A program made the translations under genes and the position numbers. Below, piece after piece: positions 40,443 through 51,217 of a stretch of 64,000 bases of DNA (positions are counted from its first letter, which is position 1; each line of letters opens with the position of its first letter). Source of the stretch: Chitinophaga pinensis (GTDB taxonomy: Bacteria > Bacteroidota > Bacteroidia > UKL13-3); assembly GCA_945870425.1 (NCBI GenBank), contig CAMBSD010000017.1, positions 8,884 through 72,883 of the forward strand, written 5' to 3'. A model generated the notes under the pieces. It did not search any database. It was not told the origin of the DNA and saw only the letters and a list, made by a program, of their open reading frames with translations.

Positions 40443-41228
40443 ATGAATGAACGTATAAATCGAATAAATAACTTGCTAGCGCCTTTAAAGCAACAAATTG
40501 TAAATCATAAACTATATAATTCAATCAAGACAATTGAAGATTTGCATGTGTTCATGGAATTTCATGTTTTTGCGGTATGGGATTTCATGTCCTTGCTCAA
40601 ATCACTGCAGAATAATTTAACTTGTACAAGCACCCCTTGGGTTCCTATTGGGGATGCCGAAACCCGATTTTTAATTAATGAAATTGTGGTAGGAGAGGAG
40701 TCGGATGTGGACATGGATGGAAATCGAAAAAGCCATTTTGAATTGTATATGGATGCGATGAACCAAGCAGGAGCTAATACAGAAACAATTTCAAAGTTTA
40801 TTGATAGCATAAGAGAAAATAAGAGTGTAAAGCAATCCATTCAATTATGCAATGTGCCTCATGCTGCTGAAGAGTTTGTTAATTTTACTTTCAATACCAT
40901 TGCCAGTTTTAAAAATCATCTATTGGCCTCTGTATTTACTTTTGGCCGTGAAGACTTAATCCCTGATATGTTTTATTCGATCGTGGCAGATATTGATAAA
41001 ATAAGTCCTAATAAAATTTCCATATTTAAATATTATTTGGAACGACATATAGAAGTTGATGGAGGACATCATGGATTACTAGCCTTGCGCATGGTTGATA
41101 ATTTATGTGGTGAGGATAATATCCTATGGCAAGAAGTTGAAAGCATAGCTATTCAATCTTTGCAAAAGAGAATTCAATTATGGGATGGAATTTACGAGCA
41201 ATTAAATAATAAGACAGTTGCTAGGTAA
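40443..41228 (+). CDS. DUF3050 family protein (heme-oxygenase-like fold)
   Basis: HVFAVWDFMSLLK, INEIVVGEESD, SHFELY, FGREDLIP, YYLERHIEVDGGHHG. Confidence 0.88.
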   Translation: MNERINRINNLLAPLKQQIVNHKLYNSIKTIEDLHVFMEFHVFAVWDFMSLLKSLQNNLTCTSTPWVPIGDAETRFLINEIVVGEESDVDMDGNRKSHFELYMDAMNQAGANTETISKFIDSIRENKSVKQSIQLCNVPHAAEEFVNFTFNTIASFKNHLLASVFTFGREDLIPDMFYSIVADIDKISPNKISIFKYYLERHIEVDGGHHGLLALRMVDNLCGEDNILWQEVESIAIQSLQKRIQLWDGIYEQLNNKTVAR

Positions 41229-41235
41229 ATTATTT

Positions 41236-42258
41236 TTAGGTAGGTTTTGTAAAGTACTTAATTGGTCTGCAAATACTTGCATAGAATAAATTGGTTTCAC
41301 ATTGCACATTGAATTCATAGTCGTAATTGTGGCAATTTTTTTACAATTAAAGAGTCCAATTCCCAAACTATTTTCAATCTCCTTATGGAATTTTTATAAG
41401 CTCTAATGTCCTTGGTTTCAAATCTACTTATGTTATTGCATTTGTTTGATACTTCAAAAAACATGGCACCACTTTGATTTTTTGTAAGGCTTACCTTGAT
41501 TGTGCTTGTTCCATATTTCATTGAATTACCAATGAGTTCATCAAACACATATTTGATTAGTTCAAAATTTCCCTTCACGCTTGAAATTTCATCGGCTGTA
41601 ACTTTGCATTCAATCTGATTGTACTTGAGAATAAATTTCAATTTGGCGTATATCATCAACTTTTGAATATTTTTTATCAATGAATAACTTGATGTTGAAA
41701 GTTCAGTTGAAACAATCCTAGCTGTTTCCCGGCTTAATTCATTTTGGTCGTTAATTAAAATATTTGCTTTGTCAATAAACCCATTAAGTGGGTCTAAATA
41801 TTTGTTTTTGAAATTGTATGATAATAAGCTTGGTACTATACTGCCAAATCTGATATGCGTCTAGATTCAATATTTCTTTGTATTTCCAACCTTGATTGAA
41901 TAGCTTTGATAATGGTTTCAGATGTAAAGGGTTTCGTAATATAATCATCTGCACCTTCATTCATTCCTCTTCTAACATCTGAAGGGTCAGCAAATGCAGT
42001 TAAGAAAATAAATGGAATCTTATATTTTTCATTATCATCTTTAACAATTTTCAATATATCATAACCCAACATATCTGGCAACATGATATCACATAAGATT
42101 ATTTGTGGTTTTTTCTCTTTGATATATTGTAAGCCCAATACGCCATTGTTTGCTACAATAACATTTATGTTATTTAAATTAAGAATGGTTTCCAATACAT
42201 GTGCAATTCCCGGATCATCCTCAATTACCAAAACTAGTTCATCCTTTGGTGTCTGCAT
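41236..42258 (-). pseudogene. Frameshifted response regulator-histidine kinase hybrid (receiver part intact, 41836-42258)
   Basis: REC (VIEDD, CDIMLP, FLTA, TKPF) stops at 41836; a shifted frame continues VPSLLSYNFKNKYLDPLNGF (degenerate H-box) into ORF 41315-41680 (ELIGNSMKY); a further shift gives FHKEIENSLGIGLFNCKKIA (G2 box). Confidence 0.7.
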
Positions 42259-44146
42259 GTTTTGTATCGTTAACATTATTAATAGGTATATAAGTGGTGA
42301 TTGTTGTTCCTTCACCCACTTTGCTATCTAGTTCAATCCTTCCATTGTGGGTTTGTATGGCATGCTTAACAATCATAAGTCCCACACCAGTTCCTGAAAT
42401 ATTGCCTACATTACTTGCCCGATAAAATGTTTGAAAAAGATTTTCCATATCTTTTTTAGGAATCCCGATGCCATAGTCTTTCACACTTATTTTTAATTCA
42501 TTTGCAGTTTGTAAAACTTCTAAAATAGGGGCAGGCTTATTTGGTGAATATTTAAAGGCATTTTCAATCAAGTTTAGAATCACATGCCTCATTAAATTTT
42601 TATCAAGTTGAACTTTTCTACCGTCCTCTTGCACCCGATAATCAATACTTCTTCCATCTTTATAGGTAGAATAATTCTCCGTAACAATTTTTTCGATGTA
42701 TTCTTTTATATTGACTGGTTCTGGTTTGAACTTTATTTTGCCAGATTCAATCTGACCTACAATTAACAAATCGTTGAGGATGTCAGTTATTCTGTTTACT
42801 TCTGCAAGAATTTTATTGGTATAGTTTTCAGGTTTTATTTTTTGGTCCAAATTAGGCTTACTAAGAATCATGTCGATTATTTCTGCTGACGACATGATAA
42901 CAGCTAGTGGCGTCCTTAATTCGTGTGATGTGATATTTATAAAATGTGATTTTAAATTATTGAGCTCTTTTTCTTTATGAATAATGCTGTTTAAGTCATT
43001 TTCACGCAATTTTTGAAGAGTAACGTCCGATATTCTGCCAATTACACAATCGCCATCTACAGGGTTGCTAGAAAACCAAAAGTAGTAATCGATGTATTTT
43101 ATACTTTTATCTTTAAATTCAAATGCAAGGATTCCATTTTCACTTGCTTGGTTAGCAGCTACTTTTTTAAATAACCTGTATAGGTTATCAATACTTTTGT
43201 TTGTTAAATTACTAATAGTTTTAAAATCAAAATAACCCAATAAATTATTAACATCACTTTTTATGATATTTAATATGGCATGATTATAAAAAATGAGTTT
43301 GCCGTCAACGCCTATTTGGAAAACCCCATCTGTTAATCCATTGATAAGTTTTTTAAACCTAAGATTTTGATTTTCGATAAATATGGCAGTCTCATACTGG
43401 TCAGTTATATCAATACCATAGCCAACCACATAAGTCAATTCATTTTGTTTATTATAGATAGGATGAAAAATTCTTAATACATATTTTATAGTACCATTAG
43501 GTTTTTTAACTTCATCTACCTTTTGAAAAGGTTTGTGATTATTTAAAGCTTCATTGAACCAAGATCTTCTCAAATTTGCAAGTTTGGAGTCAATATTTTT
43601 ATGCTCACAGTATTCAAAATCATCTTTACCTATCAACCAATTTCTAGTTTCTTCATTTTCAACTGCAATTCGATTTAAGTATAAGTATTTGTGCTTGTCG
43701 TTAAAGATTGCAATATCTGCGGGTATTTCGTTTAGAATATTTAAGTAAAATTCTTTTTGTCGCTCAATTTCAAGCGATTTTTCAACAGTAATTGTAACAT
43801 CTTGGTAGACCCAAACATTATCATAGGATCCATTTTCTAAAAAAAAAGCCGAGTACATTCTTTTAAAATAGCTGCCATTCGCCATTTGAATGATTTCATC
43901 TGTTGGCAAACATTTTTTTGGGATATCGATTATGTCGAATTCAAATTTATCAGGGTCGGCAAATAAATGCTTTGCATATTTTGCAGTCAATGCACAATCG
44001 AGTCCTACCATATCTTCTGGTTTTGAATCAATTTGCATAAATTCAACAAACTTTTGATTGGTAAATTTAATCTTCCTATTAGCATCCTCAACCAATAGCC
44101 CCATACCAGAAATATCAAATATTTTATTGATGCTGCTGATTTCCAT
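42239..44146 (-). CDS. Cytoplasmic multi-PAS sensor histidine kinase
   Basis: Three PAS-like segments (ending QDVT, IDIT, SDVT), TSHELRTPL, NLIENAFKYS, GTGVGL; no TM. Confidence 0.9.
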   Translation of the reverse strand: MEISSINKIFDISGMGLLVEDANRKIKFTNQKFVEFMQIDSKPEDMVGLDCALTAKYAKHLFADPDKFEFDIIDIPKKCLPTDEIIQMANGSYFKRMYSAFFLENGSYDNVWVYQDVTITVEKSLEIERQKEFYLNILNEIPADIAIFNDKHKYLYLNRIAVENEETRNWLIGKDDFEYCEHKNIDSKLANLRRSWFNEALNNHKPFQKVDEVKKPNGTIKYVLRIFHPIYNKQNELTYVVGYGIDITDQYETAIFIENQNLRFKKLINGLTDGVFQIGVDGKLIFYNHAILNIIKSDVNNLLGYFDFKTISNLTNKSIDNLYRLFKKVAANQASENGILAFEFKDKSIKYIDYYFWFSSNPVDGDCVIGRISDVTLQKLRENDLNSIIHKEKELNNLKSHFINITSHELRTPLAVIMSSAEIIDMILSKPNLDQKIKPENYTNKILAEVNRITDILNDLLIVGQIESGKIKFKPEPVNIKEYIEKIVTENYSTYKDGRSIDYRVQEDGRKVQLDKNLMRHVILNLIENAFKYSPNKPAPILEVLQTANELKISVKDYGIGIPKKDMENLFQTFYRASNVGNISGTGVGLMIVKHAIQTHNGRIELDSKVGEGTTITTYIPINNVNDTKHADTKG

Positions 44147-44223
44147 TTATGTCAGACATTTTATTTTTTATTGGAACAAAATTGGGTTGTAAATTAGCAT
44201 AGCTATAATTCATAGGAGGTTTT

Positions 44224-44880
44224 CTATGAAATTTTAAAGGAATTATTTATTTCTGCAATCAGTTTTGATTTTGAATTAACATCCATTTTATGGTATATGT
44301 TTTTGATATGATGATTTACTGTGTGATATGATATTTTTAGTTTTTCGGCTATTTCATTATAAGACATGCCTTGTCTAAGAAGTTCAACAATTTCGCTTTC
44401 TTTCATGGTGAAAGAATAGGTCGTTTTAATTGAACTGCTTGGCTTCCTGCTATTATTTATTAAGTTAAGCAGTGATGTGGTGGCCACTGGGGATAGGAAG
44501 CTTCCATCTTCAAAGGTTTTATTCATCGCCTTAATCAATCCTTCCATTTCGAATGGTTTGTTAACATAGCCTTTAGCACCATTTTCTAATGCTTTTAATA
44601 TGTTTTTTTCATTCAAATCTCCCGTCATAATTAATATGTAGGTATCAGGAAATTTTTGTTGTAAGCTTTCTAAGTTATCTAGGCTATTTTCCCCTTTTAG
44701 ATGAATATCTAATAAAATAATTTCCGGCTTTATGCTTAATTTTAAATTGTTTAAATTTTCAATTGATGATACATCAAAAACACTAAAATAATTATCAGAA
44801 AGATAAATGTAATCTGCGATATTCGTTCTCAGTGAGGTGTTATCTTCAATAATTCCAACAGGTTTAGGGTACTTTTGCAT
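44224..44880 (-). CDS. NarL/LuxR family response regulator
   Basis: IIEDN, LLDIHL, GYVNKP, KESEIV..GMSYNEIAEKLKISYHTVNHHIKNIY. Confidence 0.92.
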   Translation of the reverse strand: MQKYPKPVGIIEDNTSLRTNIADYIYLSDNYFSVFDVSSIENLNNLKLSIKPEIILLDIHLKGENSLDNLESLQQKFPDTYILIMTGDLNEKNILKALENGAKGYVNKPFEMEGLIKAMNKTFEDGSFLSPVATTSLLNLINNSRKPSSSIKTTYSFTMKESEIVELLRQGMSYNEIAEKLKISYHTVNHHIKNIYHKMDVNSKSKLIAEINNSFKIS

Positions 44881-45140
44881 TTGTTTCGTTGTTAATCATA
44901 CAAATTTAAAATATAGCAATTAATAGACATAGCTATAATTAGGGGTAAAACTAGGGACTTAGAATTGATTTTATTTCAAATTGTTAAAAATTTCACATAA
45001 AAATTTCATAAATGTTTGTTTATTAAATATCTAGAGTATTTAACATAAAAGATTAACTCAAGTAATTTATCAGGCTAATTTCAACTAATTTCTCTACGAA
45101 AGTTTAAAATAATTACTTTTGTAGAATAATACTAAACAAG

Positions 45141-45710
45141 ATGAATGAAGAAAAAGATTTTTTGAATGTATATGCTGAGCAAACTCCTAATCCCGAGACG
45201 ATGAAGTTTGTTTTTAATAAAATGATTTTGCCAGATGATGCTCTAGATTTTCCGAATCAAAAAGCAGCACAGGTTTCTCCTTTAGCCAAAAGTTTATTTG
45301 AATTCAGTTTTGTAAATGGCGTTTTTATTATGAATAATTTCATTACCATAACCAGGGTGGCCGGATCCGAATGGGAAGAAATTATTCCAATAATAAAAGA
45401 ATTTTTGAAAGCCTATGTGGAAGCTGACGAAACCATTGTGCATAAAACAGATAGGTCAAGCATTCCGGGTGCGGATAATATTATTGTGGCTCAAATTTTA
45501 GATATTTTGGATACCTATGTGAAGCCTGCGGTTGAAACAGATGGAGGTATGATCAGTTTTAAGTCGTTTGAGGACGGTGTGGTTACTGTACAAATGAAAG
45601 GTTCGTGTAGTGGTTGCCCATCTTCAACTGTTACGCTGAAACGCGGAATTGAAGGCATGCTAACCCGCATGATTCCTGAAGTGAAAGAGGTTGTAGCTGA
45701 AGCTGTATAA
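45141..45710 (+). CDS. nfuA: NifU/Nfu family Fe-S scaffold
   Basis: EQTPNPETMKF N-domain; VKPAVETDGG; GSCSGCPSS. Confidence 0.9.
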   Translation: MNEEKDFLNVYAEQTPNPETMKFVFNKMILPDDALDFPNQKAAQVSPLAKSLFEFSFVNGVFIMNNFITITRVAGSEWEEIIPIIKEFLKAYVEADETIVHKTDRSSIPGADNIIVAQILDILDTYVKPAVETDGGMISFKSFEDGVVTVQMKGSCSGCPSSTVTLKRGIEGMLTRMIPEVKEVVAEAV

Positions 45711-45723
45711 TACGCCCAAGCAT

Positions 45724-45761
45724 AAAAAAGCCCATTTGAAAATTTTCAAATGGGCTTTTTT
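45724..45761. terminator. Bidirectional terminator
   Basis: Perfect 38-bp palindrome AAAAAAGCCCATTTGAAAA|TTTTCAAATGGGCTTTTTT between convergent genes. Confidence 0.9.
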
Positions 45762-45796
45762 AATTCATTTAATTGAGAATAGTTTGTCAAAAAAAT

Positions 45797-46918
45797 CTAG
45801 TAATTTCTGTTTTTCCAATCCATTTTTTTTGCAGAAAAATAGAAAGCAAGTACAGCGCTGCTGCTAATAATATAATAGGGTTCTAATAGCAATAAATCCA
45901 AGTATCTGGTTTTAAGTTTAAGCCTACTGTTAAGTAATATAATTATAAATGATTGAAGCAAAAATTTCAAAGACCACATCACCAAGGCAGACTGCAAAGA
46001 GAAGAAGGCCAAAATAAAAACCATTAGATAGAATGATCCAAATACCACGAAAATAAACTTCCAAATTAAGTTTAACTCTCTTGCGCCAATGAGCCAACGC
46101 TTGCGCTGATGTAAGAATTGATTGAATTGGGTTTGGGCATTTGAAAAATTTAAACTTTCAACTTTTAAAGTGTTTTTAGTTTGATAACCTGCTTTGCGAA
46201 ATGTGTCGAACAACTTGAAATCTTCAGTCACCGAAAAATCTATGTTTTCATAGCCACCCACACTGAAATAAGCTTCTCTTGTATATGACATATTATTGCC
46301 AACTGCGGTACCTTTCAAACCCAATTTATCGAATGCTATTAATAATCCTGATGAATAGAGCCATTCAAGACCCTGCATTCTCTCAAAAAGAGTTTCCCCC
46401 TTCACGATGGTAGTGCCCGAGACAATGGCAATATTTGGATTGTCAAATTCATTTACTAAAGTCATTAACCAATCTGGTTTAACCGCTATATCTGCATCTG
46501 TTACTGCAAATATTTCCCCTTTAGCAAAATGCGCTAAATTAGCTAAGACATTGGCCTTAGCCTTTGCTTTGCCCAAGTTTTCTGTAATTGGAATGAGTTT
46601 GAAATTGGTTCTTGATTGAATCAAATTTTGAACTATTTCAGCGGATTTGTCAGTTGAAGAGTCATCACCTATCAATACTTCAAATTTGTTTTGTGGGTAG
46701 TTCAACTCAAAAATACTTTCGATACATCTATGTATTTGATGTGCTTCATTCCTTGCAGGAATGAGGATGCTTACAAAAGGCAGCTTATTTAAATCATCGT
46801 TTGTTACATACTTCTTTTTTTGTTTCTCTTCATGGTTTTGCAAGGTAATACAAAGTGTAACTTGTATTAAAACAAATACATATACAAAAAAAATAGCGAT
46901 GAGTTCTATGTATAGCAT
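45797..46918 (-). CDS. Glycosyltransferase family 2
   Basis: SILIPARNE, DDSSTD, TDAD, VTED, QRKRW, TM helices. Confidence 0.9.
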   Translation of the reverse strand: MLYIELIAIFFVYVFVLIQVTLCITLQNHEEKQKKKYVTNDDLNKLPFVSILIPARNEAHQIHRCIESIFELNYPQNKFEVLIGDDSSTDKSAEIVQNLIQSRTNFKLIPITENLGKAKAKANVLANLAHFAKGEIFAVTDADIAVKPDWLMTLVNEFDNPNIAIVSGTTIVKGETLFERMQGLEWLYSSGLLIAFDKLGLKGTAVGNNMSYTREAYFSVGGYENIDFSVTEDFKLFDTFRKAGYQTKNTLKVESLNFSNAQTQFNQFLHQRKRWLIGARELNLIWKFIFVVFGSFYLMVFILAFFSLQSALVMWSLKFLLQSFIIILLNSRLKLKTRYLDLLLLEPYYIISSSAVLAFYFSAKKMDWKNRNY

Positions 46919-46920
46919 GC

Positions 46921-47538
46921 TTATTTCTTGCCTAAACTATCAAACGTATAACCAAGCTCGCTAAAATGCATGAGCAATTGTGGCAATAGAATTTTTAAAT
47001 TTTTTTCTGCCTTTTCACTGTCGTGGAAAACAAAAATATGACCCGTACTTACATTTTTTTTCATGGCATCTAGGCTTTCATTGATATCAAGCTTGGGGTC
47101 AAAATCTCGACTCAGCTTGTCCCACATAATAATCTGATAAGTTTTTTTAATGTGATTTAGTTGTGTAAGGCTTAGCTTTCCAAATGGTGGTCTAAATAGA
47201 GAAGAGTCAATATACTTGGCACATAAATATATGTTTTCGAAATAACTTTTATGGTTATGCTTCCAACCGTTGATATGATTGAAGGTGTGATTGCCAACAG
47301 CATGCCCTTCATCCAATATTCGCTTATAAGTTTCAGGGTATTTACTGACATTATCTCCTACACAAAAAAAGCTTGCTTTGGCTTGGTATTTAGCCAATTC
47401 ATCCAAAACCCATGCTGTTATGTCAGGATGTGGTCCATCATCAAAAGTAAAGTACAATTTCTTATCATTGGTTTTTACCTTCCATGTGCAAGATTTGCCC
47501 ATTAGTTGAACTAATTGTGGTATTGTGTATCGAAACAT
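46921..47538 (-). CDS. Polysaccharide deacetylase (NodB homology)
   Basis: TFDDGP, GNHTFNH, FRPPFG, VFHD. Confidence 0.92.
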   Translation of the reverse strand: MFRYTIPQLVQLMGKSCTWKVKTNDKKLYFTFDDGPHPDITAWVLDELAKYQAKASFFCVGDNVSKYPETYKRILDEGHAVGNHTFNHINGWKHNHKSYFENIYLCAKYIDSSLFRPPFGKLSLTQLNHIKKTYQIIMWDKLSRDFDPKLDINESLDAMKKNVSTGHIFVFHDSEKAEKNLKILLPQLLMHFSELGYTFDSLGKK

Positions 47539-47594
47539 TATTTTTGTTAACGTTAAGCAAAAATAGTTTTAGCCATTAAAATAAAAATAAAACT

Positions 47595-49034
47595 TTGAAA
47601 ACATTTATCAAAATTAGCATTAGCGCTTTTGCTCTTATTATCAGTACCAGCTTACAAGCCCAGAAATCATGGACTTTGGAGGAGTGCATTAATCAGGCCA
47701 TCAGCAGCAACATACAAATTCAACAGCAAGCGCTACTAACCCAAAGCGCCAAAGCTGATGTGTTACAAAGTAAATTACAAGCTGCTCCGAGTATTAATGG
47801 CTCGGCTGCCAACAATTGGCAAACGGGTTTCAATATCAATCCTAAGACCAATTTACCTGAAGAAAATCTAGCTTTTAGAACCAATTCATTTGGAGCTTCG
47901 GCTAATATGCCTTTGTTTAATGGTTTTCAAACTGTAAATAATATGCGCTTGAAGGAAAGTGATTATAAAGCCAGCCAGTTTGAATTGGAGAATACTAAAA
48001 ATACAATAAGTTTAAATGTAGCCAATGCATATCTATCAGCTTTGCAACAAACAGAGATTTTGGCTGCCTCTAGCTCGCAAGCTGATGCCACCAGAAAAAT
48101 ATTAGAAAGACAACAAAAACTGTATGATTTAGGTGGCTTGAATCGCAGTAAACTATTACAATTGAAAGCCCAATTGTCGAACGAAGAGTATGCCATCATT
48201 AATAACCAAGCTAATTTGAATCAAGCTTACCTTAATCTATGGCAACTGATAAATGTTGAACCTAATGATAAAAATAGCATCGAAAAGCCAAACCAAATGA
48301 CACTTGATGTGAAAGACGAGGTGAAAACTGTAGATGCAATTTATAATGAATTTGAAAAACGCAGTCCTGATGTGGTGGCTGCACAACATCGTTTGCGTTC
48401 AGCTGATTTGCAGCACTATGTGGCCCTTGGTGGTCGTAGTGTGAGGTTAAGTGTTACTGGAACTGCGAGTTCATTTTATACGACATTAGGAGTTACAAGT
48501 CAATTTGCAACCATAAATAATCCTCCTATTGGCTATTATCTTGACGGGACTGGGGCAAAACAAAGTGTGTTTTCAACTTCATCTTTCAGTATTCCTGTAA
48601 GCAGTGTTGAAACTCCTTTTGCTGATCAATTTAAAAAGAATTTTGGAACGAGTTTGGGGTTAACTTTAAGTGTTCCCATTTTCAATGGATGGAATGTAAA
48701 TACCAATATACAAAAGGCAAATATCCAACAGATGAATGCCAAGCTCAACGAAAAACAAGTGAAGTTGAATGTTTATAAAAATGTCAACCAATCGTATTTA
48801 AATTTTAAAAATGCTATCAAGCGTTATGAAGCTTCTCAAGAAACTATGGATGCCAATAAAGAGGCTTATGAAATCAGTGAAAAGCAATTTGAATTAGGTG
48901 CTTTGAACATAAGCGATTATATTTCATCGAAAAACAGTTTTAATAAATCTCAAAACGATTATTTACAAGCCAAATACGAAGTGGTGTTTAGGCGTAAAGT
49001 CCTTGATTTTTATGAAGGAAAACCATTAAAATAA
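47595..49034 (+). CDS. TolC family outer-membrane efflux protein
   Basis: WTLEECINQA, MPLFNGF, VPIFNGW, FELG, YEVVFRRKVLDFY. Confidence 0.9.
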   Translation: MKTFIKISISAFALIISTSLQAQKSWTLEECINQAISSNIQIQQQALLTQSAKADVLQSKLQAAPSINGSAANNWQTGFNINPKTNLPEENLAFRTNSFGASANMPLFNGFQTVNNMRLKESDYKASQFELENTKNTISLNVANAYLSALQQTEILAASSSQADATRKILERQQKLYDLGGLNRSKLLQLKAQLSNEEYAIINNQANLNQAYLNLWQLINVEPNDKNSIEKPNQMTLDVKDEVKTVDAIYNEFEKRSPDVVAAQHRLRSADLQHYVALGGRSVRLSVTGTASSFYTTLGVTSQFATINNPPIGYYLDGTGAKQSVFSTSSFSIPVSSVETPFADQFKKNFGTSLGLTLSVPIFNGWNVNTNIQKANIQQMNAKLNEKQVKLNVYKNVNQSYLNFKNAIKRYEASQETMDANKEAYEISEKQFELGALNISDYISSKNSFNKSQNDYLQAKYEVVFRRKVLDFYEGKPLK

Positions 49035-49137
49035 ATATTGAATTGTTGATTGGGTATTCCCCTTCCGTTAGCTAACGGAGGTTAGGGGTGGGTTTAAACA
49101 AATTGTAAACATAAACTTTTAATTAAAAATTAAAAAA

Positions 49138-50472
49138 ATGAAAAAGAATAAAAAGTTAATATACTTGTTGACTGGTGTCGTTGTTTTGATAGTCATTGCT
49201 GTGGTCGCCCGTAAAGCAGGCTGGGTTGGTGGAGATGAAGGCACAAAAGTAAGCATGGCTAAGGTGGAGAAAAAGACCATCATTGAGACTGTATCTGCTA
49301 ATGGCAAGGTGCAGCCCGAAATTGAAATCAAGATTAGTTCTGATGTGAGTGGTGAGATAAAAGAATTGTATATACACGAAGGTGATTCTGTTTATGCAGG
49401 ACAATTGCTAGCCCGCATCGATCCTGAGTTGTATCAATCATCTTTGGATAGGGCAGAGGCATCTCTGAATAATGCAAAAGCCAACAATGCCAATGCCAAA
49501 GCTCGTTTGCTGCAGTCGGAGGCTAAGTTTTCTGAGATAGAAAAGTCATACAGCCGTAATAAAAACATGCACGACCAAAAGCTGATTTCAGATGCAGAGT
49601 TTGATGCTTCTAAATCTGCATACCTAACAGCTAAGGCTGATGTTGAAGCATCAAGACAAACCATTGTAGGAGCTGAGTTTAATGTTAAGAGTTTTGAAGC
49701 AGGATTGAAAGAAGCTCGCAAAAACTTAACTCGTACTGAAATATTTGCACCTAACAGCGGCATCGTTTCCAAATTGAATGTAGAAAAAGGAGAGCGTGTG
49801 GTGGGAACATCTCAAATGGCTGGAACAGAAATGATGCGCATAGCCAACCTGAATGATATGGAGGTGAGTGTGGATGTGAACGAGAATGATATCGTAAAAG
49901 TAAGCATTGGTGATACCACCATGGTGGAGGTAGATGCTTATGGTAATAGAAAGTTTAAGGGTGTGGTGACAGAGATTGCCAATTCGGCCACCTCAAGTGC
50001 TGCAAGTACGAGCGACCAAGTAACCAATTTTGTTGTTAAAATTCGCATACTTCGTTCAAGCTATGCTGATTTGATGAAACAAAAAAAGAATGGAGTTTTT
50101 AAACCAGGCATGACTGCCAGTGTGGATATTCAAACTGAAATTGCCAAAGATGTGATAGCCGTCCCTATTGAAGCAGTGACGGTGCGAAACAAAGAAGCTT
50201 TGGATACCACAAGCAATGAAACAACAAGCAGTAAAAACACTGAATCAACTAAAAACGATTTGGAAGTGGTGTTTTTGAACAATACCAACAAAGCCAGCAT
50301 CAGATCTGTATCCACAGGTATTCAAGACGATAAATGGATTGAAGTAAAAGAGGGATTGACTGAGAAAGATGAAGTAATTAGCGGTCCTTTCAATATTGTT
50401 TCAAAAACTTTGAAGCATGGCGACAAACTAAAAAAAGTGAGCCGTGAAGAATTGTTTGAAGTGAAGAAATAG
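49138..50472 (+). CDS. Efflux transporter periplasmic adaptor subunit (MacA-like)
   Basis: N-terminal TM, GKVQPE, SDVSGEI, IFAPNSGIV, VNENDI, KPGMTA. Confidence 0.9.
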   Translation: MKKNKKLIYLLTGVVVLIVIAVVARKAGWVGGDEGTKVSMAKVEKKTIIETVSANGKVQPEIEIKISSDVSGEIKELYIHEGDSVYAGQLLARIDPELYQSSLDRAEASLNNAKANNANAKARLLQSEAKFSEIEKSYSRNKNMHDQKLISDAEFDASKSAYLTAKADVEASRQTIVGAEFNVKSFEAGLKEARKNLTRTEIFAPNSGIVSKLNVEKGERVVGTSQMAGTEMMRIANLNDMEVSVDVNENDIVKVSIGDTTMVEVDAYGNRKFKGVVTEIANSATSSAASTSDQVTNFVVKIRILRSSYADLMKQKKNGVFKPGMTASVDIQTEIAKDVIAVPIEAVTVRNKEALDTTSNETTSSKNTESTKNDLEVVFLNNTNKASIRSVSTGIQDDKWIEVKEGLTEKDEVISGPFNIVSKTLKHGDKLKKVSREELFEVKK

Positions 50473-50605
50473 TTACGATTTGAAAATGTGTGAATGCACA
50501 GATGTGTGAATGTGTGTATTTGAGAATGTGAGAGTGGGTATACAAATTTATTTTGGTTGAGTTGTCAGTTGTTGTGTCTCCTGACCAAAAAATATAAGCG
50601 AGCAG

Positions 50606-51217
50606 CTAGCCCAAAACCCCTTTTCCTTCTCTCACCACTACAATTTCTTCTTCGGTGCAATCAACTATGGTGGATGGAACAATATCACCCACTCCGCCAT
50701 CAATCACACAATCCACTTGGTATTCAAATTTATCATGAATTTCAGTAGGGTCGGTCATATAATCTACTATCACATCATCGTGATGAATGGTGGTAGCCAC
50801 AAGTGGAACGCCTAATTCGCTAATAATGGCTTGGGCTATGGCATTGTTGGGCACACGGATACCAATGGTTTTCTTGTTACCTGCAAAATATTTAGTTACG
50901 TTGTTGTTTGCTTTCAAAATAAAAGTGAATGCACCAGGTAGGTTGTTTTTCATCAACCTGAAAACAGCCTTGTCAAGCACGGCTGTATATTCTGCAATGT
51001 GCGATAAACTCTCACAAATCAAAGAGAAATTTACTTTCTCAACCTTTTTGCCCGTAATCTTACACATGCGCTCAATGGCTTTTTTGCTATCTAGTCTGCA
51101 GCCCATGGCATAAATGGTATCCGTTGGAAAAATAATCACCCCATCTTTATTCAAGATGTCGATTACCTTTTTCAAATCTCGGGGGTTTGGATTTTTTGAG
51201 TGCAGTTCGAGTATCAT
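50606..51217 (-). CDS. L-threonylcarbamoyladenylate synthase family (Sua5/YrdC/YciO)
   Basis: FPTDTIYAMGC, LPGAFTFIL, IGIRVP, PSTIVD. Confidence 0.9.
   Translation of the reverse strand: MILELHSKNPNPRDLKKVIDILNKDGVIIFPTDTIYAMGCRLDSKKAIERMCKITGKKVEKVNFSLICESLSHIAEYTAVLDKAVFRLMKNNLPGAFTFILKANNNVTKYFAGNKKTIGIRVPNNAIAQAIISELGVPLVATTIHHDDVIVDYMTDPTEIHDKFEYQVDCVIDGGVGDIVPSTIVDCTEEEIVVVREGKGVLG

Noticed and set aside
41825-41850. Programmed ribosomal frameshift in the RR-kinase hybrid
   Set aside because: No slippery heptamer at the first break, and further breaks downstream point to decay.
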